DNA of 63,999 nucleotides, filler included, from Lenisia limosa (taxonomy: Eukaryota > Protista > Breviatea), in the NCBI GenBank assembly GCA_001655205.1. It is 15 parts of 15 records of this genome, joined end to end, with 100 filler letters (N's around TTAATTAATTAA, not from the genome) between each part and the next. Parts side by side here need not be neighbours in the genome. Positions count along the whole stretch, not along the records: positions 40,532 to 42,096 come from LPNZ01002113.1; positions 42,197 to 44,388 come from LPNZ01001442.1; positions 44,489 to 45,978 come from LPNZ01001601.1; positions 46,079 to 48,989 come from LPNZ01011158.1; positions 49,090 to 51,667 come from LPNZ01010131.1; positions 51,768 to 53,896 come from LPNZ01011442.1; 9 more parts are not named here. One strand, 5' to 3'. The notes below the pieces were generated by a model. That model did not search any database. It saw only the letters and a program-made list of their open reading frames with translations, and was not told the DNA's origin. Of the stretch, positions 40,612-52,067 are shown in pieces (the stretch's first letter is position 1; the number at the start of each line of letters is the position of its first letter). A program made the translations under genes and the position numbers.

Positions 40612-42096
40612 TGGACTTTTCGATCAGAGCAGCGGATTGCATAGTAAGTCCGGGTGTCAGGGGGAAGTGACCGCGGAGGGACGACAGGCCTGGGGGAGTA
40701 AAACGAAGGAAATTTCGATGAAGAATATTGGTGTAAAGGTAGTGAAAATGGAAATTTTATGAAACAAGAATAAAATACCCAAAACAACTCTGTTGGCTGA
40801 CAACACACAAGGGTTGATAACGTGAAAAAGGTGGATGATTGGGTGGTGAAGTAGAAAATAATAGGTTAGCCCTCTCTCTCTGCTGCTGCGGAACCAAGAG
40901 AAAAGCATAATCACGCACCGGTCGTGAGCAGCTGGTCAACACGAGCCTGGGGGAACTTGAAGAACACGACGTTACCGACGTTGTCGTAGCCTCGACGGCC
41001 GGCACGACCAGCCATCTGGCGGAAGTGCAGCCCGTCAAGCTCGTGGTTGTCACCTGGGGAGTCAGGATGCAAAATTGATGGAAATAAACCTCAAAAAACA
41101 ACTCTGTTGAATGAACATTTGTAACATGAAGATATGACGGTTGAAAGCAACAAAACAACACCCAGAAGGTAATTGTACTATCTAGGGCTTCACTTCGGTT
41201 CGAAAAAAGACTAAATTTCTCGATAAATCCTCGAAAATTATCGATTTCTTACCGGTCTTTTTGGAACCGAAATGAAGCCACCCCCCCCCACCGGCAAAGA
41301 CGACAGTTCTGCAGGGCATATTGATACCGAGGGCGAGGGTGTGGGTGGCGACAACAACCTGGAGCGAGTGAGTAAATTGGAAAATTGATGTAACAAAAAA
41401 GCCCAGCTTGAGGGGGGGTAAAGTGAAAGACATTTCGATGAAGTTACAGCTGGACAAAGATACATAATATATAGCAATGAGAGGTTGTCTCTCCACATTA
41501 GGTAAAAAAAAGTAGAAAGTACCGAAATAATAAAGCACCCAATATACCTGGAGGATTTTGCGCGGAAAAGAACTTCCACATCACGCTTAAAAGAGATATT
41601 CGATTATAGTATAATAATAATTCACCCAATCATTTGCCTGACAACTCTGTACACACAGCTCTGTGCCTCCCCAGAACCCAATAACCCCGATATACCTGGA
41701 GGTACTTGGCACGGAAAAGAACTTCCACAGCTTCACGGTATTCTACAGGGTCAGAAAGGAAACAAAAGAAAACGTAAATGGAGAGACCTGTCTTCTCATT
41801 TTACTTCCTTTACCGCCCTCCCTCTTGACTCATTCCCACTCATGATTTCTTATAAGAAAACACTTGAGTAGGGATTTTTCCACTTTTACAGTTTTCATGG
41901 GTAATATTTTTCTTGCCTTTGTTTGCTTCCCCCCCACCCACCCTTATGGAGACCCTGGTGATGGACTCCGATGCCTCTCTCGAGGGCAGTTACAAGGGCG
42001 GGAGGGACCTGTGGTGTTAAGAAGGGGGAATATAAAACAAATCGACTCATTGAAGTGACAATAGAACTATGCCCCCTCACCTGGTCCTCACGGCGG
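40612..42096 (-). CDS. Ski2-like RNA helicase, DDX60-like (internal fragment, six exons)
   Basis: ALERGIGVHHQGLHK|EYREAVEVLFRAKYLQ|VVVATHTLALGINMPCRTVVFA|GDNHELDGLHFRQMAGRAGRRGYDNVGNVVF. TLALGINMPC and RQMxGRAGRRG resemble DDX60 more than Mtr4/Ski2. Confidence 0.85.
41185..41279. mobile_element. MITE family A copy in a DDX60-like intron
   Basis: Same TIRs and asymmetric core as 34963-35058, located just inside the GTGGGGGGGGG donor. Confidence 0.85.
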
Positions 42097-43155
42097 NNNN
42101 NNNNNNNNNNNNNNNNNNNNNNNNNNNNNNNNNNNNNNNNTTAATTAATTAANNNNNNNNNNNNNNNNNNNNNNNNNNNNNNNNNNNNNNNNNNNNTTTA
42201 TATCTCATAAAACTACGACGCTGTCAACATGTTTTTGACTTGCATAATGAAAGAATCTATCTTTTGTCTGCTTGATCTGTATGATACTTTAATTGGTCCC
42301 GCAACCGTGACCTCTTCATGGACGAAGACCACTCCCGGACCAACAAGGAGAGGAGGTTCGTCACCAACAGGGAGGTAGCTGTTGTTTTGGGTGTTGTGGA
42401 CCAGCGTCTCACGCTTCCCAAATGTGTAGTTGATTATGTTTGCGATCTGTATTCTGATGAATAATTCAATCTTATTACCCATTTCTTCTGGATTAATTAC
42501 GAAATATTTTCCATTTTTGGGGTTGCAAACAAATATTCTATTGTAATTGTAATTATAACGGAATCTACACCTTATCTTCCTCCTCTACGTCATACTTGGT
42601 GTCGCTTTTGTCGGGGTTCTGAATCTCCTCCTTCTTCTTCTTCTATTTCTTCATCCGAATATTCGGTCTCATCGTCAGCGTTGAAGAGGGCAACACGAAC
42701 CATTTCATCGCCCAGAAAAAATGAAAATATCATTCCCTGCTTTTCTGTCATTCAACCTATTATTGGACCTTCACAATAATTTTTTTTTATCGCATTTTAA
42801 TGTAATATAAATTTTGATAGTACCACCTTAATGAGAGAAGAAAACCTTTCAACTTTAGATCAGTTTTCGAAGAAAACTTCTCAAGGTTGTTTAACTTGTA
42901 TTCCGTATTTTTAAACGTAAATAGGTTGCATCGACAAACGATGACTCTAAGTGTCATATTTCAAGACCTTTTCGTGATCCTTGGTTACACAGTCTGTGTG
43001 GGGCTCTCTCCGGCAAGCTAAGAAATACACTAATGAGGTGTTTAAGTGTTATGTATCTGTTATTATCTTCATTTGATACAATGCTTTCCCCCAGGGACAA
43101 ACCGTAATTATTTGGGGTTATTTTGGGGCTTTTGTCCGGATATCATCGAAGGAAG

Positions 43156-43413
43156 TTAGAATATTTGAGTAATGCCGTGGAGCTCGAGATCGTAGTCACC
43201 ATTTAAGATGTGACCGTTCGTGGTAAGGAACTTGACGATTTCGTTGGAGGCAATGGAGATGAGATCGAAGATGATGGGACAGTCCTTCAAACTCATTGGT
43301 AGGCATATGAAGTGACCGGTGATGCCGGATGGGGTCTTGAACCAGACTCAGTTGTAGTTTGAGGTGTGTAGGGGGACAATGTGGAAAGCGTCTTTCAGAT
43401 CACCTCCCATTAG
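43156..43413 (-). pseudogene. Decayed reverse transcriptase fragment, possibly from a DIRS/Ngaro-type retrotransposon
   Basis: GGDLKDAFHIVPLHTSNYN*VWFKTP...FICLPMSLKDCPIIFDL contains RT motifs DLxDAF and LPxG/SxxxxPxxF, has an in-frame TGA at 43348-43350, and has no intact YxDD. It is absent from the ORF track because of the stop. Confidence 0.65.
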
Positions 43414-44488
43414 AAAGACATAGAGGAAAGGGAAACAAATCTAAGAGGGTGTCTATCTTAAGCGGGGATCATCTAAAGAGTCATGTTTAGATAGGGATTC
43501 TAATCTTAAGGGCTCATCTAAAAAGAGGGTGGCAGTGTCTGAAGTTAAACACTGAAAGTGATAAAAGTGATATTTTTATGAACAATTTTTTTAAAAAAGG
43601 TTAATTTTTGCAACTACAGATGTTTTTTTCAAGAGCCACCCCATTTTTTTGACAAGCCATCCAAAGCGCGAAGGGGATGGGGGGGTGCGTGCCTATCTTA
43701 AGCATGGGGGATCTTAAGCATGGGNNNNNNNNNNNNNNNNNNNNNNNNNNNNNNNNNNNNNNNNNNNNNNNNNNNNNNNNNNNNNNNNNNNNAAACCGAC
43801 GCCTGGGGAGACTTCAATTTGAAGATTTTTTCGTCCATTAGCTTCATTACATTGGCTGAACATGGAAAATTCTTCAAAAAACCGTATAATAGTTAAATAT
43901 AGTTTTTTGTTTTTTTCATTTTTTGTAGTAATAATGAGTGGAACAACTCAAGTTAAAAGCGTACTTGATCTGATGGATCAACAGCCATAAAAGGGAAAGT
44001 CAAAGACTTTTTCGAAATTAAGCGTGGATGCTCACGAAAGATTGTAAACGGGCAGGGATGCACCAAATACCCCATTAAATTCTAAATTGTAAGCTTGTCT
44101 CATTACAATAACCTCTAGAGCCTTCAATCTGTTATCAGATCGAATTCTGCAGCAAGGATGAGTTTCTGGCCCAAATGGTAGGTTCTTTCATGTTACCCTT
44201 TCTCTTGCTGATCCTATTACCAAGAAGACGCCTCTTTCAATCGTGAGAAGTCACTCCACCAGAAATGCCGCCGTCGAGTCTTCCGTTAAGGAGAGCGGCA
44301 AGGTGAAATCGTTGACGCCCAGAACCTCAACTTCGTCAACGATTTCACCTTGCCGCTCTCCCTCTCACAAAGAACTCGAAAACACGTGNNNNNNNNNNNN
44401 NNNNNNNNNNNNNNNNNNNNNNNNNNNNNNNNTTAATTAATTAANNNNNNNNNNNNNNNNNNNNNNNNNNNNNNNNNNNNNNNNNNNN

Positions 44489-44693
44489 ATGCTATGTTAT
44501 CAGCGCCTGCACCACCATACTCTTTTGGTACTGGAATACCCATCATACCAATTTCAGCCATTTTTTTAACTGTTTCAATTGGGAAACGTTCCTCTTCATC
44601 AACTTCAGCCGCCAAAGGTTTTACTTCATTTTCAGCAAATGATTGATAAAGATCCTTAAGTAACTTATGTTCCTTTTTTAAAGTAAACTCCAT
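44489..44693 (-). CDS. bcd: Bacterial acyl-CoA (butyryl-CoA) dehydrogenase, N-terminal fragment
   Basis: MEFTLKKEHKLLKDLYQSFAENEVKPLAAEVDEEERFPIETVKKMAEIGMMGIPVPKEYGGAG, with a GAGAGG-type RBS upstream. Truncated by the scaffold end. Confidence 0.85.
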
Positions 44694-44708
44694 TATTATC
44701 CTCTCTTT

Positions 44709-45548
44709 CTAATATGCAAAAAAGCCTTGTTTAGTTTTTCTGCCAAGTAGATTTCCTCTTACCATCTTCTTAAGAAGTGGATGAGGTCTATATTTACTAT
44801 CACCAGTTTCACTATAAAGTGTTTCCATAATAGCTAAATTAACATCGTTACCAATTAAATCCGCTAATGCTAAAGGACCAATCGGATGATTCGCGCCTAG
44901 CTTCATAGCATTGTCAATATCTTCTGCACTTGCAACACCTTCTGCTAAGATACCAACAGCTTCATTAATCATTGGAATCAAGATTCTATTTACCACAAAA
45001 CCTGGTGCTTCTTCTACAACTACTGCTGTCTTACCAACTTTTTCAGTTAATTCTAAAATAGTCTTTTTAGTTTCATCACTTGTTGCAATACCATTGATTA
45101 CTTCTACCAACTTCATCATTGGTACTGGATTGAAAAAATGCATACCTATTACTTGATCTGGTCTCTTCGTAGAAGAAGCAATTTCTGTAATAGAAAGTGA
45201 TGATGTATTTGTAGCTAAAATAGCTTCTTTTTTAACTACTTCATCAAGTTCAGCAAAGATTTTCTTTTTAATAGCCATATTTTCTACCGCAGCTTCAACA
45301 ACTAAATCTACATCTTTTAGACTTTCAACATCTGTTGAAATAGTGACTCTTGAAAGAACGGTATTTTTCTCATCTTCTGTCATTCTTTCTTTCTTAACAA
45401 GTCTACTTAAGCTTTTATCAATAGTGTTAAGACCTTTTTCTAAATAGCTTTGTTCTAAATCTCTAATTACAACTTCATAACCTGATTGAGCAAATGTTTG
45501 AGCAATACCAGCGCCCATTGTACCTGCACCTAAAATACCTATTTTCAT
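44709..45548 (-). CDS. hbd: Bacterial 3-hydroxybutyryl-CoA dehydrogenase, complete (279 aa)
   Basis: GxGxxG motif ([10 protein letters not shown]), [47 protein letters not shown]; no introns. Confidence 0.95.
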   Translation of the reverse strand: MKIGILGAGTMGAGIAQTFAQSGYEVVIRDLEQSYLEKGLNTIDKSLSRLVKKERMTEDEKNTVLSRVTISTDVESLKDVDLVVEAAVENMAIKKKIFAELDEVVKKEAILATNTSSLSITEIASSTKRPDQVIGMHFFNPVPMMKLVEVINGIATSDETKKTILELTEKVGKTAVVVEEAPGFVVNRILIPMINEAVGILAEGVASAEDIDNAMKLGANHPIGPLALADLIGNDVNLAIMETLYSETGDSKYRPHPLLKKMVRGNLLGRKTKQGFFAY

Positions 45549-45552
45549 GTGG

Positions 45553-45558
45553 CCTCCT
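45553..45558 (-). promoter_or_regulatory. Shine-Dalgarno AGGAGG for hbd, overlapping the crt stop codon
   Basis: The minus strand reads TAAGGAGGCCACATG, where the TAA is the crt stop. Confidence 0.85.
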
Positions 45559-45978
45559 TATTTATTCTTAAACTCAGCTTTTCTTCTATCTAAAAATGCT
45601 TTCATACCTTCAGTTTGGTCTTCAGTAGAGAAGCACATACCAAAATATAATTTTTCTAGATTGTTTCCTGATTCAAAATCTAAATCAATACCTTCATTGA
45701 TTGCAGCTTTTGAGTATCTAACAGCTAATTGACCGTTCTTTAATATGCGCTTTGCATACTCCATAGCAGTCTCCATTAAAAGTTCTGGTTCCACAACTTT
45801 ATTAACAAGACCAATTCTATCCGCTTCATTAGCATCAATCATATCACCTGTTAAAATCATTTCTTTTGCTCTTGCACGGCCAACAATTCTCGGTAATCTT
45901 TGTGTACCAGCAAAACCTGGAGTAATACCTAACCCAACTTCAGGTTGACCATATTTACTTCTATTAGATGCAACTCTT
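45558..45978 (-). CDS. crt: Bacterial crotonase / enoyl-CoA hydratase, C-terminal part
   Basis: The frame is open from the scaffold end: ...KYGQPEVGLGITPGFAGTQRLPRIVGRARAKEMILTGDMIDANEADRIGLVNKVV...DQTEGMKAFLDRRKAEFKNK*. Confidence 0.92.
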
Positions 45979-48354
45979 NNNNNNNNNNNNNNNNNNNNNN
46001 NNNNNNNNNNNNNNNNNNNNNNTTAATTAATTAANNNNNNNNNNNNNNNNNNNNNNNNNNNNNNNNNNNNNNNNNNNNCCAGCCCAGGAAAAGTTGCAAC
46101 TAACGCGCTATATAGGTTGGTTTGTTGGGGTGGCACGCAGAAAGCTGCTGCCTTCACAGAGTTGTTAGTATCTCTTCTAAGCGTGATGGTGTGGATGGCT
46201 TCGGCCTTATACAACCTTATTTTTATATGATATGTTTAGGTTGGTTTGTTGGCAGTTTGACACGCTATATACCCTCCTATGTTGCTATCCAACAGAGATT
46301 ATTTCGGGCTTCTTTTTAAAAAATAAAATTTCCCATTTTACCCCCCCCCCNNNNNNNNNNNNNNNNNNNNNNNNNNNNNNNNNNNNNNNNNNNNNNNNNN
46401 NNNNNNNNNNNNNNNNNNNNNNNNNNNNNNNNNNNNNNNNNNNNNNNNNNNNTTCCTTAAATTTCCCATTTTACTCCCCCTCCTCTAGATCCTGGTCGAT
46501 CGGGGACGTGACGATAGTGACAAGATCGTCAGTTGCGGCTCTGTCCCAACCTAATGATGTAAGGGGGAGTGTGAGTTATGACGGCTTCGGCCAGGTACAA
46601 CCTTGATTTTGTTCTCATCTCTAATACAACTTTATTATATATATATAGTATATGATATGCACATACAGCTATAATATATCAAGGAGGGAACAGTATGCGA
46701 ATGTTAGGGGTGAGGCTTCACTTCGGTTCAAAAAAAGTCTGAAATTCTCGATAAATCCTCGAAAATTATGGATATTTTACTGGTCTTTTTTTGAACCGAA
46801 GTGAAGCCCAAGTTAGGGGTGGGGGCAATATAGTCCCTCCCTCAGGAGCCCCGAAAAACCTCGTATTCTTACACGTCCTTCACCTATTTCCAATCTAAGA
46901 ACCTTCTCTTTTCACCCTCCCTCCAGCAACAAAGTCAATGGGCTCTTTCCCTCGCTTCCCAGCCCGAATTCCAGCCCTCTGAGGGTTTTGAGCCCGTATC
47001 GACTCCCACGGCTTTGGCGGCATGGTTGAAACGCCACCTTACGCTGGCACCATCTTATTGCGTGTTTTGTATGCGCGGGGGTGATTAAATATTGTGTTTC
47101 TAGGGGAGAGGTGGAGTCAGGGCTTCACTTCGGTTCGAAAAAAGACTGAACTTCGTTTCGAATTATCGTGAAATTCAGTCTTTTTTNNNNNNNNNNNNNN
47201 NNNNNNNNNNNNNNNNNNNNNNNNNNNNNNNNNNNNNNNNNNNNNNNNNNNNNNNNNNNNNNNNNNNNNNNNNNNNNNNNNNNNNNNNNNNNNNNNNNNN
47301 NNNNNNNNNNNNNNNNNACTCCCTCTCCCGCAGCCCACATCGACCCGCTCTCTGGCTTGGTTCTCTACGAGTCTTCTTTCACCGATCAATTCCCCATGAT
47401 TCAAAAACCAATGTGAGCGACGGGGGTATTGTCAGGGCTCCGTGCAATCATGGAACTCCATTTCGACACTTTAATTTCAAACTTTGGCAATTAATGTTTT
47501 CACAAAACTAATTGCATGGAGTCGATAAGGAAACATGCTGGGGAGGCACGCAGAAAGCTGTGTGTTCACAGAGTTCCAAAACACTAATTAACCTAGAGAA
47601 AATTATTAAATTAAATCAATATAATGTAGTGTATCTTATCATATAGTATCTCATATTTTCCCCAGGATCAATAAAGCTCACCACCCCCCAGGATCAATAA
47701 AGCACTTGGCGTGGCCGCGCGCATTCTGACGCAGCTGACATCACTGGACCCGGGCTCCTTCCTCCTCCACTCCCTAGGCAACGAAGTGCAAATCTGGACC
47801 GCTGGTAAGTGGGGTAAATGGGCAATTCATTAGTACACTATTATTCGTCCCTTATCATGATTATTCCCCAAGGACTATGTGCAATTAGTTTTTTTTTTGG
47901 AGAAATTCATTGAACAATTTGGAAATTAAAGGGGCTGAAATTGAGTTTTCAACATGTCTCACTTCAAATTTTGTCATTTGAAGTAATTGTACGGAGCCTG
48001 AGTTCCCCCTTACATGACTATTATTCCCTTAACATGATTATTCCCTTAACGTGGCTGTAGAAGATGATACCGAAGAAGACCTGGATGACCTTGGTAGGGG
48101 GGGACTTTGATTGGCTTTTTCAACACTGGTGTTTCTAGCCAACAGAGTTGATTTTGAGCTTTTTTTTTTGTTTCATCGGTCACTGTATTAAAAATATGAA
48201 CATTACTCCCATTTATCCTTTATATGTAAAAAAGGGGATCATTATTCCAAACAGGGTTGAATGTGAGAAGGAAGATGTCAGATATAACACACTTAAAAAG
48301 CTGGCTACCTCAAAAAATCTGGGTCAACTCAACGTTATGTAATGTTATCTTAAA

Positions 48355-48581
48355 CTACTCGTGTGTTGCCAGCTAACAGAGTTGATTTTAGGGTTTTTTG
48401 TTTCATAAATTTTCCAATTTTACTTTTTGTCATCTGGCTTTTGTCTAGTTTTCGCGTTCATGTTTGTTATTGCTTGTTTTTTTGTTTTTTGTTTGGGAGT
48501 TTCAGATAATTCGGTTCGTGATTCGCATCTTTCCGCCAAAATTCTTCATCGAAATTACCTTCGTTTCCCCCCCCCCCTCAG
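48355..48581 (+). repeat. Composite intronic repeat E+F ending at a splice acceptor
   Basis: E part CGTGTGTTG.CAGC.AACAGAGTTGATTTT...GTTTCATAAATTTTCCAATTTTAC, then F part GAGTTTCAGATAATTCGGTTCGTGATT...TTCTTCATCGAAATT.CCTTCGTTT-(C)n-TCAG at 48581. About 20 E and 6 F copies occur in the window. Confidence 0.82.
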
Positions 48582-50474
48582 ATGATGAGTCGTCAAAATT
48601 GGATCTTCACGCTATGTTCACCCCAGATAAGACCGCGAAAATAACAGTCCCACCGCTTACCGTACGGGGTTTCGTATACCTCCATAGTAGCGTGATCATC
48701 AACATCATCATCATCACCAGCATCATCATCACTTTTCAGACCGACCGTCCCCCCTTCATCACCAGTCCCCCACCCCTGCCTGCAGCTCTTTTCCTCGCAA
48801 ACTATAGCGATAAGCCTGTTGGACAGCCGATTGCTAACGTCTTAAATTATACACAAGCACAGATCCCTCATATCTGGGTGGGTGTGGGGTACTATTACGG
48901 ATTCCCTAAGGTTCCAAAATAGACTGAATTTTTTAATAAACCCTCGATAAATATCGATATTGTACCGGTCTTTTTCGGACCGTAGGGGANNNNNNNNNNN
49001 NNNNNNNNNNNNNNNNNNNNNNNNNNNNNNNNNTTAATTAATTAANNNNNNNNNNNNNNNNNNNNNNNNNNNNNNNNNNNNNNNNNNNNCAGCTTAACCC
49101 TTTTTCTGTGGCGACATATTCATCAAGTTTATTTGGAAGCTCTTACTTGTTTAGCTCTACAATTTCGACGTATTAACAAAGGGCAAGCCCATTGACATGA
49201 AGCTACCTCATGAAAGTTGGTTTCTTATTCAGAGTACATGCACTCAACCAGGTTGAATTTCTGACTTTAAAAATACAGTTTAAAATATTGGTGTAACATT
49301 GAATATGATTGTTTTTCTATTGCTGCTGTGTCTAATTATCTTTTTTGTGTTTTCTTTCTCAACCATGTAGAAATGGGCAACCTAGCAATGCGCTGTCTCA
49401 GACTTGCGCCTGAGTCTTATGTGGGAAGGGAGTATGTACATACAGTGGCCGGGATAAGTCTTGATGATTTTGGGCTTTTTTGTTTCCTAATTTTGTTTTT
49501 TTTTCAATTTTACCCCCCCCCCCCCNNNNNNNNNNNNNNNNNNNNNNNNNNNNNNNNNNNNNNNNNNNNNNNNNNNNNNNNNNNNNNNNNNNNNNNNNNN
49601 NNNNNNNNNNNNNNNNNNNNNNNNNNNNNNNNNNNNNNNNNNNNNNNNNNNNNNNNNNNTTGGGATTCCCGACCGTCCGAAAAGGACAGGTACAATATCG
49701 ATATTTATTGAAGATTTACTTGCTGTCATTATTTGGCGTCCTTATCACCCCACTATCAACCTCAACGGAGAAAGCTGTGTAGATGGAGTTGCGTGGTGAA
49801 TGATTGATCAGTAAACGTTAAACAGGTCGAAAACGGCATCGTCAGCCTTCAGCCACTTAGCTGTTAGCATTTTGTCGCGACAAATGACGGCCTTTTTGAG
49901 CAATGAGTAAGCTCGGATTTTATGGAGGGAGTTGTATTGGATGGAAATAAAGGGGGGGGGGGGGNNNNNNNNNNNNNNNNNNNNNNNNNNNNNNNNNNNN
50001 NNNNNNNNNNNNNNNNNNNNNNNNNNNNNNNNNNNNNNNNNNNNNNNCCAATAATCGTGTAGCTTCACCTGCATCCCCACTCTCCAACTCCTGGCCAATA
50101 TCTGCACTGCTTACGGCGACGCATTGAACGGTCTTATCAAGCCCGAGGCAATTGGTAGGTAATATAAAGTATATCAAAGGAGTAGGGCTTTACTTTGGTT
50201 CAAGTAAGACTGGTAAAATATAGATAGTTTTTGAGGATTTATCGAGCAATTCAGTCTCTTTTCGAACCGAAGTGAAGTCGTATGTACAGCATATGATATG
50301 TATCACACATGATTACATATCATATAGCTACTAAGTCTAAGTGTACGGTAAGATACAACCTTGTTTTTTATTTCCCATTGCTATAATATATGATATAGTG
50401 ATATAATTATGGCTAGATACCACCACTTTTAGTAGTTACTCTACATAAGTAAACATGTATATAGTATATGGTAT

Positions 50475-50620
50475 GCTGGGGAGGCACGCAGAAAGCTGTG
50501 CACAGAGTTGTAAAGCAAATGATGATTGGGTGAATTAGTATTATTCTTTAATCCATTATCCTTTATAAGCGTGATGGTATGGACGGCTTCGGCCAGATAC
50601 AACCTTATATATTTTTTCTC
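50475..50620 (+). repeat. Dispersed intronic repeat family C (about 145 bp, asymmetric, contains a GGC-TTCG-GCC hairpin)
   Basis: CTGGGGAGGCACGCAGAAAGCTG...GATTGGGTGAATTA...AAGCGTGATGG..GGACGGCTTCGGCCAGATACAACCTT. Full or partial copies at 14605-14664, 41578-41674, 46130-46228, 46578-46622, 47536-47575, 50351-50385, 54524-54650, 61008-61050, 61484-61530, 63258-63300. Confidence 0.82.
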
Positions 50621-52067
50621 GCAAGTCTTGACCGATTTTCCTTGGAAATCACATAGCAAATCGGTCAAGACTTATCGCACTGTATACGAACTTTATTCTC
50701 ATGTACCACAGCCTCCATCATTCGTCTCATGGACACGGGCGAAGACATCCTCGTAAGCAGGGAGTTAGGAAGGGTTGGAGTTAGGGTTCAACTTAGGTTC
50801 AAAAAATACTTGTATAAAATCGATAGTTTTTTGAGGATTCATCGAATTTCAGTCTTTTTTCGAACCTAAGTGAGGCCCTAGTTGGAGTAAAATCGGAAAA
50901 GCTAGAAATGGACATTTCAATGATTCAAGGGAAATGTTTTCCACCTCCCTCTAACTTATACACTGATGTGATAGTCTTGACCGATATTGTTGGACGGAAT
51001 TCTGATTCTATAAATCAATACTTATCAGGACTGAATATCAGTTATAAGTCCTAGATTTACATATACACTATCAGGAATAAATTCATTGTTCATCCATTGA
51101 CTGCATACCAGGTTGAGGCCGGGAAGGTGTCAAGAACCAAAACGGGCAGAGCCCAAGTTTCGGGCACTGATGTAACTGATGCAAAAGGTGGGGAGGGGGG
51201 TATATCTACGGCTTCCCAACGGTTCTTGTGAACTAGTTGGAATTCCCATACTTTATATGGGAACCCCATGGAATTATATGGAAATTTGAAGGAATTTATA
51301 GGATTCCCAAGAAGACAAGGGAATCCCAAGTCGATGCGCCGTAGTACAAAAACAACAAAGGAATTGAACCTTGTTATCCACACAATGCAAATATAATAAT
51401 GCTCTGCTTCTTTGGTATTTCAACAACTCTCTTGCGTACTCCAGAAGTTTAATTTCTTCCATTTCTACCCTCGACCTTATCGGTTTCAGCCAAACAAATC
51501 CGGGCGTCCACCCAACGAATGCTCTCTCCTGATTTGTCCGTCGCTACTCTGAGCTGCTTGAAGGTGATTATGTGTGTATGTTGTTGTTCTTCGTGTGTTG
51601 TCAGCCAACAGAGCTGATTTGGGCTTTTAATTATCCAATTTTACGTACGCTGGAGTGATGGGATGCGNNNNNNNNNNNNNNNNNNNNNNNNNNNNNNNNN
51701 NNNNNNNNNNNTTAATTAATTAANNNNNNNNNNNNNNNNNNNNNNNNNNNNNNNNNNNNNNNNNNNNACCGCGATAAGTCTTGACCGTTTTTCCTTGGAA
51801 ATTATCAATTAGCAAATCGGGCAAAACTTATCCCGGTCACTGTATATCGTATACTACTGCATATCACATGTGTATATTGTATGCGGGGGATAGATGTATG
51901 GGGGATAGATGTATGGGGGATAGATTTTGTATAATATGTGTACGTGTAGTAGTATAGTAGTATACGAGCTTCTATTGATATGCATCTGTAAATATACCCC
52001 ACACACACAGCCACCTAAATCAAATCCCCATCCCACCAGCCCAGGAATATTCAAAGACCCCCCAAAC

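Noticed and set aside
42213-42482. 89-aa minus-strand ORF near the RT remnant as a mobile-element protein
   Set aside because: It has no recognisable motif, and an overlapping plus-strand frame is equally plausible.
44489-45978. Lateral transfer of a butyrate operon into the eukaryote
   Set aside because: It is a separate scaffold with bacterial RBSs, no introns and no junction to host DNA; contamination is the simpler explanation.
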